Part shown: in pieces, positions 41,441 through 52,143 of the stretch
Layout: every line of letters begins with the position of its first letter
Position numbering within the stretch: position 1 is the first letter of the stretch
Notes under the pieces: generated by a model
The model's input: the letters and a program-made list of their open reading frames with translations, nothing else
What the model was told of the DNA's origin: nothing
Databases searched by the model: none
From: Clostridium merdae
GTDB lineage: Bacteria > Bacillota > Clostridia > Oscillospirales > Acutalibacteraceae
Assembly: GCF_900176635.1 (NCBI RefSeq)
Contig: NZ_FXLN01000003.1
Span: 545,374-609,373, forward strand
DNA: 64,000 nt
Reading direction: 5' to 3'
Made by a program: the position numbers and the translations under genes

Positions 41441-41478
41441 AAAAACGGGGCAGGGTGAAAATTTTCACTCCCGCCCCG
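41441..41478 (-). terminator. Rho-independent terminator of greA
   Basis: CGGGGCGGGAGTG...CACCCTGCCCCG followed by TTTTT on the minus strand. Confidence 0.8.
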
Positions 41479-41500
41479 TGTGTGTACTGTTCCGGAATCC

Positions 41501-41983
41501 TTATTTCGAAATGGTAAGAATCTCATAATGGATAATTCCTGCCGGAACCTCCACCTCAATTTTATCACCCACACCGTGGCCCAAAAGAGCCTTGCCAACT
41601 GCGGATTCATCCGAAATTTTGCCGTTAAGAGGATTCGCTTCGTTGGAACCAACAATTTTATATTCCTTAATAGAAGAATCTCTTCCTTCCGGAGTTACGC
41701 GAACCTCAACCTTAGAGCCAATGTGAATATTTTCGTTTCCTAATTCACTTTCGTCAATCACGACTACGTTTTTCAGCATTACCTCAATATCGGCAATACG
41801 TGCTTCCATAATCGCCTGGTCGTTTTTCGCTTCATCGTATTCACTGTTTTCGGACAAATCACCGAAAGACAAAGCGACTTTAATTTTTTCGGCTACTTCT
41901 TTTCGTTTTACCGATTTTAAATATTCCAACTCCTGCTCAAGGGCTTCTAAGCCTTCTTGGGTTAAAATGACCTGCTTTGCCAT
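41501..41983 (-). CDS. greA: Transcription elongation factor GreA
   Basis: [23 protein letters not shown] coiled-coil and an FKBP-like C-terminus. Confidence 0.95.
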   Translation of the reverse strand: MAKQVILTQEGLEALEQELEYLKSVKRKEVAEKIKVALSFGDLSENSEYDEAKNDQAIMEARIADIEVMLKNVVVIDESELGNENIHIGSKVEVRVTPEGRDSSIKEYKIVGSNEANPLNGKISDESAVGKALLGHGVGDKIEVEVPAGIIHYEILTISK

Positions 41984-42128
41984 CAGTTGTTTACCACCTT
42001 TTTCAGAGTGAACTTATTCGCCAGACCTTAACTAGCCAACCAATGCAAAAATACAACGGGTTACCAGCAGTCTGACGGTTCTTCGCAATATATCTATTAT
42101 AGTGAACAAGTATGAGTCTGTCAACGTA

Positions 42129-43454
42129 TTATTTGGCCTTTGCGGAAGAGGTCGCGGGTGCTTTTGCACCGGTTTGAGCCGCACTGTTGTCTAAGTTACC
42201 ACTGTCAGTACCGGGAATCTGCTGAACATCTGCTCCTTGCTTTACCAGTGCCGTTACAGAAGCCTGAATTTGCGGGTCTTCCATCATTGTAAGGGAGCGG
42301 CGCAGCAGCAAATCCTTTTGTTCGGGGGTCATTTCAACCTCCATGTCTACATTCACGCCGACTCCATGAAAGGTCTTACCATCAATTCGGGTATAGTTAC
42401 CAACAGAGAGCTGTATTGCAGACCCATCCGACAAAGGAATTACATCTTCCTTCATGCCGCGGCCTGCGGTTTTCTCACCAATCAGTTTTCCCTTCTTATA
42501 GTCCTTCATATCCGCAGCAAATATTTCCGCCGCACCGTAGGTGCTGGAATTCACAACAACACTAATGGGCAAATTAATTTCACCAGATTTTGAGCTGTAC
42601 TCCACCGTAATTTTCCCGGCTCTGTCTGCATAGCTAACAAGGCTAACCGCAGGCAAAAATTCATCCAGCACAGAGGCCATAACCTCTACACTACCACCAG
42701 AATTATTACGCAGGTCAACTACAAAGCCGACTACCTTTTTCTCTGTTAAATTATTAATTGCCGCTACAAACTGATTTTTGGTCGTACTTTGGAACTCCGA
42801 AATAGCAATGTATCCTACATTCCCATTAATAATCGAGGAAGAGACCGTAATGCGCTGGTATTCCGCGCGGGTAACTGTCACATCCATCTGTTTTGTGGCA
42901 GTCTTGCCATTCTCCGTCGTTTTGCGCAGTAAGCCAAGCTTTACCGTAGTACCCACCGTGCCATCCAGCTTATTCACGGCCTCACCGTAGCTCAGGCGAA
43001 TCACCTCTTTGCCGTCAAGTGAGAGAATAACATCACCCTTTTGCAAACCAGCCTTACTGGCGGAGGAGTTCGGCAAAACCTCAATTACTTCCATATTACC
43101 ATCCGCATCCTGTACGGTGCGAATTCCAACACCAACCGCCTTTTTCGAATTGGAGCTCAGGTAATTCTTATATTTTTCGGCAGAAAGATATTTCGCACCA
43201 GCATCGCCCAGCCCTGCCATATACCCGGCGGCAATGCCGTCGTTTAAATCGGTTTCTCCAATTTTCCCAATATAATCTTGCCGTACCTTTTGGTCGATTT
43301 CACTGAGCTTTGTGTACATGGCCTGACGCTCGTTTACATCAGCCACTTTCTCGTTAAAGCGTCCCATCGCATAGGTATACGTCAAAGAAACCGTGATTGT
43401 GGCGGCTACCAAGGACATAGCTGCCGCTGCACCGAGCGATATTTTTTTGCTCAT
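42129..43454 (-). CDS. ctpA: Carboxy-terminal processing protease (S41 family) with a PDZ domain
   Basis: PDZ (GLQKGDVILSLDGKEV) and the S41 catalytic region (NSGGSVE). Start at MSKKISLG, which carries a signal anchor. Confidence 0.85.
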   Translation of the reverse strand: MSKKISLGAAAAMSLVAATITVSLTYTYAMGRFNEKVADVNERQAMYTKLSEIDQKVRQDYIGKIGETDLNDGIAAGYMAGLGDAGAKYLSAEKYKNYLSSNSKKAVGVGIRTVQDADGNMEVIEVLPNSSASKAGLQKGDVILSLDGKEVIRLSYGEAVNKLDGTVGTTVKLGLLRKTTENGKTATKQMDVTVTRAEYQRITVSSSIINGNVGYIAISEFQSTTKNQFVAAINNLTEKKVVGFVVDLRNNSGGSVEVMASVLDEFLPAVSLVSYADRAGKITVEYSSKSGEINLPISVVVNSSTYGAAEIFAADMKDYKKGKLIGEKTAGRGMKEDVIPLSDGSAIQLSVGNYTRIDGKTFHGVGVNVDMEVEMTPEQKDLLLRRSLTMMEDPQIQASVTALVKQGADVQQIPGTDSGNLDNSAAQTGAKAPATSSAKAK

Positions 43455-43576
43455 ATACTTTCTCTCCATCTTTTCATATCGTCAAACTGCTCAACGGTTA
43501 TTTTCGATAAAAGCAGCAATTTCTTCCCCCACCTGCGGCAAGGGAAGAAATTAAACATCTTGTCTAGTAAGCGGCG

Positions 43577-44761
43577 TTATTTGCCAAACCACTTCATGGG
43601 GTTTTGTGCAACACCATTTACACGAATTTCGAAATGCAGGTGGGGGCCGCTGGAATCTCCCGTGCTGCCCACATAGCCAATAACCTGCCCTTTTTTCACC
43701 ACATCACCAGTATTCACAACAATTTTGCTCGCATGCCCATAACGGGTGGAATATCCGCCGCCGTGGTCTATGTACGCGCAAAGACCGTAGCCGCCGCCCC
43801 AACCGCTGTGGTTGGCAAGAATGACCTTGCCGCTGTCGGCTGCAACAATTGCTTTCCCGTAAATACCAGAACCCGCAATATCAATTCCCTTATGGTTACG
43901 GCCGTCACCCCAATACGAAGTGAGCTTAGTATACCCAGGAACCGGCCATGTAAACTGGCCTTTACTCACATAACCGCCGCTGGCCTGATTATTGTTGTTA
44001 TTATTCTTAATACTGGCGTAGTAATCTTTATACCATTGGTCAACTTCGGCATCCACTTTCTTGCGTTCCGCCGCCAATCGGTTATTCTCGGAATTGGTGG
44101 TAACCACATTAGCAGAAATCTCGGTTAATATACGTGAGCTTTCGGATAAGAGACCCGACAGCTCCGTGTTTTTACTGTCCAGCTCTTTTCTGGCCTGAGC
44201 GGCACTCTCGCGATTCTCTTCAATCTGCTGTTTTTGTGTTTTAATCGCCGCCATATCCGTTTTCAGTGTGTCAATTACCTGCTTATCGTGCTGTGAAATG
44301 GAACGCACGAGCTCAGTTTTATCTAAGAAATCGGTAGCATCCCGCGCACCTAAAATCAGTTCCAGCTGAGAGGATTCCCCCAGCAGGTAGATCGCGCGAA
44401 CGCGCTGCTTGAGCTGCTCTACGTTGGCATCAATGCTACTTTGCTTTTCTTTAATCTTCGATTCTTTATCCTTTATATCAGCATTCAAAGCCCTTATTTG
44501 TTCACCCAACGTGTCAATTTGGCTTTGCACTGTTTGCACCTGAGTGTCCAGTGCGTTTTTGTACTCCTGCTGCTTTGCCCGGTCCGCCTTTAGCTGACGA
44601 AGCTTGGCGGCAGTCGCCTCTTGCTGCTTTTTCAGGCTATTTTGCTTATCCTGCAATTGTTTGATGGATGAGCTGGCCTGCACCCCGTACGGTACACTTG
44701 AAAAAACGAGAGTGACCGCTAAAACGAGTGCCACAATGGAACGCTTGCCTTTACCAGCCAA
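43577..44761 (-). CDS. M23-family peptidase with a long N-terminal coiled coil (EnvC/PcsB-like murein hydrolase activator)
   Basis: Signal peptide. Coiled-coil QLKQ repeats. C-terminal HxxxD...HLHFE LytM motif. Confidence 0.85.
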   Translation of the reverse strand: MAGKGKRSIVALVLAVTLVFSSVPYGVQASSSIKQLQDKQNSLKKQQEATAAKLRQLKADRAKQQEYKNALDTQVQTVQSQIDTLGEQIRALNADIKDKESKIKEKQSSIDANVEQLKQRVRAIYLLGESSQLELILGARDATDFLDKTELVRSISQHDKQVIDTLKTDMAAIKTQKQQIEENRESAAQARKELDSKNTELSGLLSESSRILTEISANVVTTNSENNRLAAERKKVDAEVDQWYKDYYASIKNNNNNNQASGGYVSKGQFTWPVPGYTKLTSYWGDGRNHKGIDIAGSGIYGKAIVAADSGKVILANHSGWGGGYGLCAYIDHGGGYSTRYGHASKIVVNTGDVVKKGQVIGYVGSTGDSSGPHLHFEIRVNGVAQNPMKWFGK

Positions 44762-45659
44762 TGGAACTGCCTCCCTTCAAATATTTACCGATTGATATAC
44801 CCCCGCCCAGTGCACCAAAAAAGGCACCTGCAGCAATGAATAACAATATAATCTGCCCCATTACACTCCCCAGCGGAAGAGGCTGGAAGAAAGGAACAAT
44901 TCCCGTAATGGTTTTCAGGGTTTTATCATAAATAAGCGCGAGCAACCCACTCGCCAAAAGACCGGATAACAGACCGATTAAAATACCTTCTACCACAAAC
45001 GGAACGCGAACAAAGCTATTCGTTGCACCTACCGATTTCATCACGCTTATTTCGCGCCGGCGCGAGAACATGGTAATGCGAATGGTATTTGAAAGAATAA
45101 AAATAGAAACCAGGCTAAGAATCAATATAATCCAAGAGCCTGCCGTTGTTACCAGGTGGTCAAGGCTTGTCAGCTTTGCAGCTACATCCGAATAATCGCG
45201 AACCTTATAAACACCCTCCAGCGAGCTGATTTTACCTGCTGTCTCTTTGTAATGAGCAAGGTCTTTCATCTTTACCTTGAACACATCATTGAGGGGGTTG
45301 TCATCCCCCAACAGGGTGGTAAACACGCTGCCGTCGTCCCCCATTGATTTCATCAGCGCTTCAAGCGCCTCACCTTTAGGAACAAACTCACAGCTTTCTA
45401 CATTTTCCAGTTTTTTAATCTCTTCCCCTACTTGTACCGATTTCAGGGTAGGGAGGTCGTTTGCCATATATACGGTAATGGAGTTATCGCTTTCCAGCGA
45501 CTGCATTGCCATATTCAAGTTCATAGAAAAGAGTGTGGCGGCGCCCGTCATCAATAAGCATGCCACCAATACACCAATGGAGGCGAAGGCCATCATTCGG
45601 TTTACCCAAATGTTTTTTACACCTTCTTTGAGTAAATATTTGATACTGCTAATTCTCAT
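44751..45659 (-). CDS. ftsX: Cell-division ABC-transporter permease FtsX
   Basis: Four-TM FtsX topology with a large extracellular loop. Start at MRISSIKYL, after a GGAGGTACCCG RBS. Confidence 0.85.
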   Translation of the reverse strand: MRISSIKYLLKEGVKNIWVNRMMAFASIGVLVACLLMTGAATLFSMNLNMAMQSLESDNSITVYMANDLPTLKSVQVGEEIKKLENVESCEFVPKGEALEALMKSMGDDGSVFTTLLGDDNPLNDVFKVKMKDLAHYKETAGKISSLEGVYKVRDYSDVAAKLTSLDHLVTTAGSWIILILSLVSIFILSNTIRITMFSRRREISVMKSVGATNSFVRVPFVVEGILIGLLSGLLASGLLALIYDKTLKTITGIVPFFQPLPLGSVMGQIILLFIAAGAFFGALGGGISIGKYLKGGSSIGW

Positions 45660-46347
45660 CGGGTACCTCCAAAGCAAGATTGCAGCTGTCGGCCACAACC
45701 AGCCCGTCGTTAATCTCCACCACTCGGCGGCGGAAATGCTTAACTAGCCGGTGTTCATGTGTGACCATCAGTACGGTAGTGCCCCTGCGGTTAATCTCAC
45801 TTAAAAGGCCAACAATTTCAAACGAAAGCGCGGGGTCTATGTTACCGGTAGGCTCGTCCGCAATAATCATGCTGGGGTTGTTTACCAGCGCGCGTGCAAG
45901 CCCCACCCTCTGCTGCTCTCCGCCGGAGAGCTCCTTCGGGCGGCAATTCGATTTTTCTTGCAAACCAACCAAATTCAATATGTAAGGGACTCGCTTCTTT
46001 ATTTCTCTTTGCGATGCACCAACAACGTGCATTGCAAATGCCACATTATCAAACACCGTCATTTTATCAATCAAGCGAAAATCCTGAAACACCAATCCCA
46101 TCGTTCGGCGAACATAGGGAATGTCTCTGCGCTTTACCGTAGAAAGCTTTCGCCCATTTACAATAATCTCACCGCTATTCGGCGATTCCTCACAGGTAAT
46201 CAGCTTTAAAAAGGTACTTTTACCGGCTCCGGAAGAACCAACGATAAAAACAAATTCCCCTTTTTCTACTTTTAAATTCACGCCTCGGAGCGCTTCTGTA
46301 CCGTTCCCGTAGGTTTTGCAAACATCTATAAATTCTATCAATGTCAT
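45649..46347 (-). CDS. ftsE: Cell-division ATP-binding protein FtsE
   Basis: Walker A GSSGAGKST. Signature LSGGEQQRVGLARAL. Start at MTLIEFIDV. Confidence 0.9.
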   Translation of the reverse strand: MTLIEFIDVCKTYGNGTEALRGVNLKVEKGEFVFIVGSSGAGKSTFLKLITCEESPNSGEIIVNGRKLSTVKRRDIPYVRRTMGLVFQDFRLIDKMTVFDNVAFAMHVVGASQREIKKRVPYILNLVGLQEKSNCRPKELSGGEQQRVGLARALVNNPSMIIADEPTGNIDPALSFEIVGLLSEINRRGTTVLMVTHEHRLVKHFRRRVVEINDGLVVADSCNLALEVPDEN

Positions 46348-46537
46348 CGCTCCAAAAAAATAAATTTCCCCGCTTTTACTGTCTGCGCATACACCAAAGC
46401 ACACGAAAAATCGACAGTATTTCTCCCTAAAAACCAACACCCACTGGTATGTTTACATAATACCAATGGGCGAAAGATTTATAGTTCTTAAAAAGAATAA
46501 ATTTGTAATTTTTCTGTAACGTATTTATTCTTTACTA

Positions 46538-47623
46538 TCAAAATTTAACTGGGTTCGAGGAGAGATATTTCTTAACCATTAATGCTACTTTAAATACGAT
46601 GGCATCCTCGAACTCACGCAAATCCAACCCGGTAATCTTTTTGATTTTTTCCAAACGATACACGAGCGTATTGCGGTGAACAAATAGTTTACGTGAGGTT
46701 TCCGAAACGTTCAGGTTATTTTCAAAGAAACGCTGAATGGTAAACAGAGTTTCATGGTCGAGCGATTCAATGGAACCGCGCTTGAATACCTCTTTCAGGA
46801 ACATTTCGCAAAGAGTTGTGGGAAGCTGATAAATTAGGCGGGCAATACCCAGGTTGTCGTAGCTGACAATGGATTTCTCCGTGTCGAACACCTTGCCAAC
46901 CTCAAGAGCAACCTGCGCTTCTTTAAAAGAACGTGCCAAATCTTTAATACCAACCACAATGGTACCAATACCAACCACGCAGTGGGTATAGAACTCACTC
47001 GAGAGCGTATCCACAATGGAGCTGGCAAGCTTATCCAAATCCTTTGGCTCAATGCCGGTACGAATTTCTTTAATCAATGCAATATCGGTTTCATTGATAT
47101 TGATGATGAAATCCTTGTTTTTATCGGGGAACAAATTCTGAATCACATCATAAGCAGAAATGTCTGATTTGTTCGAAATCTTAATGAGCATACAAACACG
47201 GCTTACGTCCGAGTTAAAATGCAGCTCACGGGCTTTGAGGTAAATGTCTCCCGGCAGAATATTATCGAGAATTACATTCTTAATAAAATTGCTGCGGTCG
47301 TATTTCTCATCGTAGTATTGCTTTATGCTGCTCAGCGATATGGAAAGCAGGTTAACATATTTCATCGCTTCGCTGTCGCTGCCCGAAACGAATACAGCGT
47401 ATTCGGGACGGGGACGGCTGCCAAAAGACTTGTAGGTATAGCCTCCTACCACAAAGGGATTGGGCGAAGCAATGGTGTCCGGAGTAATGCTTTCGTTCAC
47501 TTCACCGATCCGACCCAGCTCGCTGCAGGCAATAATAACCGAGGTCTCGTCAATGACGCCGATTGTTCTGTCAATCGCGTCGCGCATTTGGTGAATAACT
47601 CCCTGAAACAGTCTATTTGACAT
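46538..47623 (-). CDS. PucR/CdaR-family transcriptional regulator
   Basis: C-terminal PucR HTH (VSETSRKLFVHRNTLVYRLEKIKKITGLDL). Confidence 0.8.
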   Translation of the reverse strand: MSNRLFQGVIHQMRDAIDRTIGVIDETSVIIACSELGRIGEVNESITPDTIASPNPFVVGGYTYKSFGSRPRPEYAVFVSGSDSEAMKYVNLLSISLSSIKQYYDEKYDRSNFIKNVILDNILPGDIYLKARELHFNSDVSRVCMLIKISNKSDISAYDVIQNLFPDKNKDFIININETDIALIKEIRTGIEPKDLDKLASSIVDTLSSEFYTHCVVGIGTIVVGIKDLARSFKEAQVALEVGKVFDTEKSIVSYDNLGIARLIYQLPTTLCEMFLKEVFKRGSIESLDHETLFTIQRFFENNLNVSETSRKLFVHRNTLVYRLEKIKKITGLDLREFEDAIVFKVALMVKKYLSSNPVKF

Positions 47624-47830
47624 GATGCTCCCTCACTTTATCAGTTTTCCAGATGAACTGGATAATACAAGTAAAATTAAATTGGTATTGTCCAATATAT
47701 TTTACACAAATTTTCACTAAATTTCAAGCTTGGAACCGATTATTTGTTAAAAAACTTTCTGCTAAGGAATTGAATAGCGTTTTAAAGTGAAAAATGGCAC
47801 GCTTGTATGACAAACGTACCATTTTATCAT

Positions 47831-49018
47831 TCATTTTTCCTCACGAATTATACTTTGGTAAGCCTCCGGGTCGGTATCCCCTTCCGTGCTAAACAGCAAA
47901 ACAGAAGCGTTTTCATCCAGACCCATTTGCAGCCGCTGTTCCCGCATTTCCGGTGAAAGGCATAAATGCACCAACAATCCTAAACCCACCGCACCGGATT
48001 CGCCTGAGATAATTGCTTCATCCCCTTGAGCAGGATGTGCCAGTGTCCGCATGCCAAGCTCAGTAACCCAGTCTGGGCATGCGGCATAGCAGGACGCCAC
48101 ATCACGCAAAATAGGCCAAGTAAGTGGGTTTGGCTCTCCACAGTTCAGCCCCGCCATGATAGTTTCGGGATTCCCACCAATCGCTACGGGTGCACCTGCT
48201 TTTGCCGATTCAAACACACATGCAACGGTATCCGGTTCCACAACAACCGCATAGGGAGGATTTTTTATCAATTTTTGCTCCAAATAGGCCAGAACCCCAC
48301 CTGCCATAGACCCCACACCTGCTTGAAGAAACACATGAGTAGGAGCTTCGTTCCCGGCAGTCTTCATCTGCTCCAACGTCTCTGCCGCCATGGTAGTATA
48401 CCCCAAAGCTATATTGCGGGGTATTTTTGCATACTCTGCAGTACCGGTATCCTGTACCAAGGTTTGGCCATTTTTACTTGCCCAGCTTGCCGCAAGTCGC
48501 ACCGCATCGTCGTAATTGAGCTCGGTCACTTCAACCGGTGTATCATTGATGCTGCGAATCGCCTGCACGCGGCTCTCTTTTGAGCCTTTTGGCATGTACA
48601 CCCTCGCTTTACAGCCAAACAAAGCGGATGCCCACGCCACACTTTTGCCGTGGTTGCCATCCGTTGCAGTAACAAATATGCGCTCACGAGCTTTCTCCTT
48701 GGCCTCTGGAGCTGTTAACACAGCGTAATCTGGTGCACCAGAAAAACCGGCGTCTTCCCATAAAATCTTAGCAATCGCATAGGAGGCACCCAGCCCTTTA
48801 AACGCATTCAGGCCAAACCGCTTGGATTCATCTTTAATAAAGATGTTCCCAAGCCCTAGCTTTTGTGCTAAGTGAGGCAATGAAACGAGTGGTGTTTCTT
48901 TATACTGAGGTATGGAGCGGTGAAACGCATGTACAAAAGACAATTCCTCATCCGTAAAATACCTAAAATCTTCATGGTGCACGGGAGCACCTGCCAACAG
49001 AGCCACTTCTCGAGCCAT
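47831..49018 (-). CDS. dpaL: Diaminopropionate ammonia-lyase (PLP-dependent; YgeX/DpaL type)
   Basis: Fold-type II PLP enzyme with the DESKRFGLNAFKGLGASYA region typical of DpaL. Confidence 0.8.
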   Translation of the reverse strand: MAREVALLAGAPVHHEDFRYFTDEELSFVHAFHRSIPQYKETPLVSLPHLAQKLGLGNIFIKDESKRFGLNAFKGLGASYAIAKILWEDAGFSGAPDYAVLTAPEAKEKARERIFVTATDGNHGKSVAWASALFGCKARVYMPKGSKESRVQAIRSINDTPVEVTELNYDDAVRLAASWASKNGQTLVQDTGTAEYAKIPRNIALGYTTMAAETLEQMKTAGNEAPTHVFLQAGVGSMAGGVLAYLEQKLIKNPPYAVVVEPDTVACVFESAKAGAPVAIGGNPETIMAGLNCGEPNPLTWPILRDVASCYAACPDWVTELGMRTLAHPAQGDEAIISGESGAVGLGLLVHLCLSPEMREQRLQMGLDENASVLLFSTEGDTDPEAYQSIIREEK

Positions 49019-49171
49019 AAAAACTCTCCCCTCAACTCAAATCTTTACAAAAAAAGCCGTGCGTAAAAAACGCATGGCTTTTTCTTTTTCCATAGAGGTG
49101 CTTAAACTCAAACGGAAAAACTATGTTAAATTGAGTATATCAGCTTACTCCCGCAAATGCAAGGGGGGCGC

Positions 49172-49834
49172 TTACTCCGCCTTAGCGGGCTGCTGCTCTT
49201 CAATTAAACGGCCACCTAACCGGTGCAAAGCAGCACAGCCTGCACCGCCAACAATATTGCCAAGTGAAATTACCACCAAGCTCAACAGGCCTTTTCCAAG
49301 TGCGCCTGCCATCCAAAAATAAAACATATCGGCAACGCAGTGCTCAAATCCGCAAAGAATAAAGACCATTACGCTAAAGACGATTCCTAAATACTTTGCA
49401 ACCGGGTGCGGATTCTCACGGTAGCCATCCACCGCTACATACATAAGCAGGCCGCAGAAGATGCCAAGGATGAAAAGGCTCAAAAGATTGTCACCCAGCT
49501 TAATTTCAGCCAGATGCAATGCTTTTTCATGCAGCTTTCCGGCCTGGCGTGTAGCAGACATTGCCACGCTCAATAAAAAGGTTCCCAACAGGTTGCCGAG
49601 CCAAATTACAAGCAGCCAAAACACTTTTTTCGGGTCGCGGTACGAAATGTATGCCAGCTTACCGGTAAACAAGTTCCAGCGGAACACGCAAATCGTCATT
49701 AATCCAACAGAAAACAGGAAGGAGCCAATAACCGGATTTTCTTGCAGCATGTAAATCACACAGCCTATGCCAATGCTGATTCCCGCCAGAATGGCCAGTA
49801 CGAACGTTCCCGCCCAAGTTCTAATTCTATCCAT
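49172..49834 (-). CDS. Formate/nitrite transporter (FNT)-family channel, shorter than usual
   Basis: Six TM helices with an FEHCVADMF motif resembling the FNT signature. Confidence 0.6.
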   Translation of the reverse strand: MDRIRTWAGTFVLAILAGISIGIGCVIYMLQENPVIGSFLFSVGLMTICVFRWNLFTGKLAYISYRDPKKVFWLLVIWLGNLLGTFLLSVAMSATRQAGKLHEKALHLAEIKLGDNLLSLFILGIFCGLLMYVAVDGYRENPHPVAKYLGIVFSVMVFILCGFEHCVADMFYFWMAGALGKGLLSLVVISLGNIVGGAGCAALHRLGGRLIEEQQPAKAE

Positions 49835-50332
49835 TATAAATCCTCTTTTCCCCAGCGGGCCGCACCCGCAACATTAGTTACTAACACCCGCCTATTTTAG
49901 CACAGATGCTTTTTCAATCCAACGTCAGCGCGTCTTATATTCGTCTACGCTTCTCTGAATAGCAAGAAACGCAAATCTATAGCTTTTCGGCACAAAAGTG
50001 CGACTCTTCCCCACTTACTTTCTAATATCCCATTCATAGTGTAATTGTGTTGATTTTTTTAAAATTAAAAATAGAAAACATATCCACTTATTTATCATTG
50101 ATTTTCAAAATAACAGATATAAAAAACAAGAAATAACAATGGTGTTTTTGAAAAATATAGCATTTTGAATCTAATTTACAGTCTTTTGTTATAAATTTCC
50201 CCAGTTTTTAAGACGATATAAAAGACTCCACTGCCCGAATTAGCAACAAACCAGTCTCTGCTACTCGTGTAAAACGTAGTTAACACTTACTTTTTTTGCA
50301 AAGCCGGTATCTTAAATATAAGATGATAAAAA

Positions 50333-50362
50333 AAGAGGTATGCGGTAAACACCGCATACCTC
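50333..50362 (-). terminator. Rho-independent terminator of the amino-acid ABC operon
   Basis: GAGGTATGCGGTG-ttt-ACCGCATACCTC followed by TTTTTTT on the minus strand. Confidence 0.85.
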
Positions 50363-50375
50363 TCATTACATTCAA

Positions 50376-51263
50376 TTATTTCACTTCTCCGCCTTCGACC
50401 ACAAGGCTTTCGGGCTTAACGGCATCGCCGTACACAGGTTTTAAGGTCTCTTCAAAGTCCTTATGGAAGAAATTCTCTTTGCCCAGTTCCTTAATCTCAT
50501 TGTTGAGCCAATCGAGCAGGTCTTTGTTACCCTTCTGTACAGCAGGAGCAATGGTATCTACATTGCCAAGGCTTTCGATTCCTACTTTAAAGCCGGGATT
50601 CTTGAGTGCCCAAGCCAAAACCTCTGTATTATCGGTCGAGAAAGCATCGCCGCGACCATCCAAAAGGGCATTGTAGGTTTCGGTATACTGGTCAAACTTC
50701 ACCAGGTTAATTTCCGGGTGGTTTGCTGTAAAATACGTTTCAGCGGTTGTGCCCTTTGCTACAATCAGCTTCTTACCGGCAAGCTGCTTTGCATCGGTAA
50801 TCAGGTTCTTCTCGGGGCTTACAACACCCAGAGAGACTTTCATGTAGGGCAGTGCAAAATCAACAGTTTCGGCACGCTCTTTTGTTACGGTAAAGTTTGC
50901 TAGCACAATGTCAACCTTACCGGTTTTTGCATATTCCACGCGGCTGGCAGGCTCTAACGACACATACTCCGGCTTTACACCTAAGTCCTTTGCAATTCGT
51001 TCCGCAAAGTAAACATCGTAGCCTTGGTATTTGCCGTTGGCATCTACGTAGCCAAAGGGGTTTTTGTCGCTGAATACGCCAATAATGACCTTACCGCTTT
51101 TCTTAATCTCTTCTACGGAGCGAGCCGTGCCGGTACCCTGTGCAGGAGTAGATGCCTCTGCGCCGGAGGACGCCGCTTTATTGGAGGAGCAGCCCGCGAG
51201 CACCCCAACGGACAATGTAAGAGCAAGAGCAAAAGATAATGCTTTCCATCTGTTTTTCATCAA
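50376..51263 (-). CDS. Amino-acid ABC-transporter substrate-binding lipoprotein (PBP family 3)
   Basis: Lipobox LAGC, then a polar amino-acid SBP fold. Confidence 0.85.
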   Translation of the reverse strand: MMKNRWKALSFALALTLSVGVLAGCSSNKAASSGAEASTPAQGTGTARSVEEIKKSGKVIIGVFSDKNPFGYVDANGKYQGYDVYFAERIAKDLGVKPEYVSLEPASRVEYAKTGKVDIVLANFTVTKERAETVDFALPYMKVSLGVVSPEKNLITDAKQLAGKKLIVAKGTTAETYFTANHPEINLVKFDQYTETYNALLDGRGDAFSTDNTEVLAWALKNPGFKVGIESLGNVDTIAPAVQKGNKDLLDWLNNEIKELGKENFFHKDFEETLKPVYGDAVKPESLVVEGGEVK

Positions 51264-51301
51264 TAATTCCCTCTTTCTAAGCTAATTTACTTTTTGCTAA
51301 G

Positions 51302-52051
51302 TCATTTTTCGAACGTAAAAATATTTAAAAATCTTTGTAGTCGTTCTGTTTCCGGTTTTGTAAAGAATTCTTCCGGTTCACCAGATTCCACAATTTCACC
51401 GCGATCCATAAAAACCACTCGGTCCGCTATCGCTCTGGCAAACTGCATTTCGTGTGTTACAATCACCATGGTCATCCCACCCTTGGCAAGCTCGAGCATA
51501 ACGTCGAGAACCTCGCGTACCATTTCAGGGTCAAGTGCTGCCGTTACTTCATCAAACAGCATAATTTCCGGCTGCATCATCAGTGCGCGCACAATCGCAA
51601 CCCTCTGCTTTTGGCCACCCGAGAGCTGGCGGGGAAAGGAGCTCTTCTTTTCCAGAAGTCCCACACGCTCCAGCATGCTTTCCGCCATTTTTTCGGCTTC
51701 CTCCCGCTTGCGCCCCTGCACCTTAAGGGGGCCAAGGAGTACGTTTTCCATTACCGTCATGTGGGGAAACAGCTCATAGCTTTGAAACACCATTCCAATT
51801 TTCTGGCGAATCTGGCTCCAATCGGCGGAACCATCCGTCAGTACCTGCCCGCTGAGCACAATTTCTCCGGACTGGATGGGCTCCAGCCCGTTGATACATC
51901 GCAGCAAGGTGCTTTTCCCGCAGCCGGAGGGGCCAATCACCACAACTACCTCACCACGGTTTACGGTAAGAGAAACATCCCGCAATACATCTGCAGAGCC
52001 ATAATCTTTTTTCAGCTGGCGTATTTCCAGCAGAGTTTCTGTTTTACCCAT
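51302..52051 (-). CDS. Amino-acid ABC-transporter ATP-binding protein (GlnQ-like)
   Basis: [35 protein letters not shown]. Confidence 0.9.
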   Translation of the reverse strand: MGKTETLLEIRQLKKDYGSADVLRDVSLTVNRGEVVVVIGPSGCGKSTLLRCINGLEPIQSGEIVLSGQVLTDGSADWSQIRQKIGMVFQSYELFPHMTVMENVLLGPLKVQGRKREEAEKMAESMLERVGLLEKKSSFPRQLSGGQKQRVAIVRALMMQPEIMLFDEVTAALDPEMVREVLDVMLELAKGGMTMVIVTHEMQFARAIADRVVFMDRGEIVESGEPEEFFTKPETERLQRFLNIFTFEK

Positions 52052-52143
52052 CTATGTTCTACTCCTTCCAGAGCCTTATTTATTCAAAACATTCAAGTGC
52101 TTCTTTCTCTGTCCCGTCACAAAAAAGCGGGACTATGAAAGAA

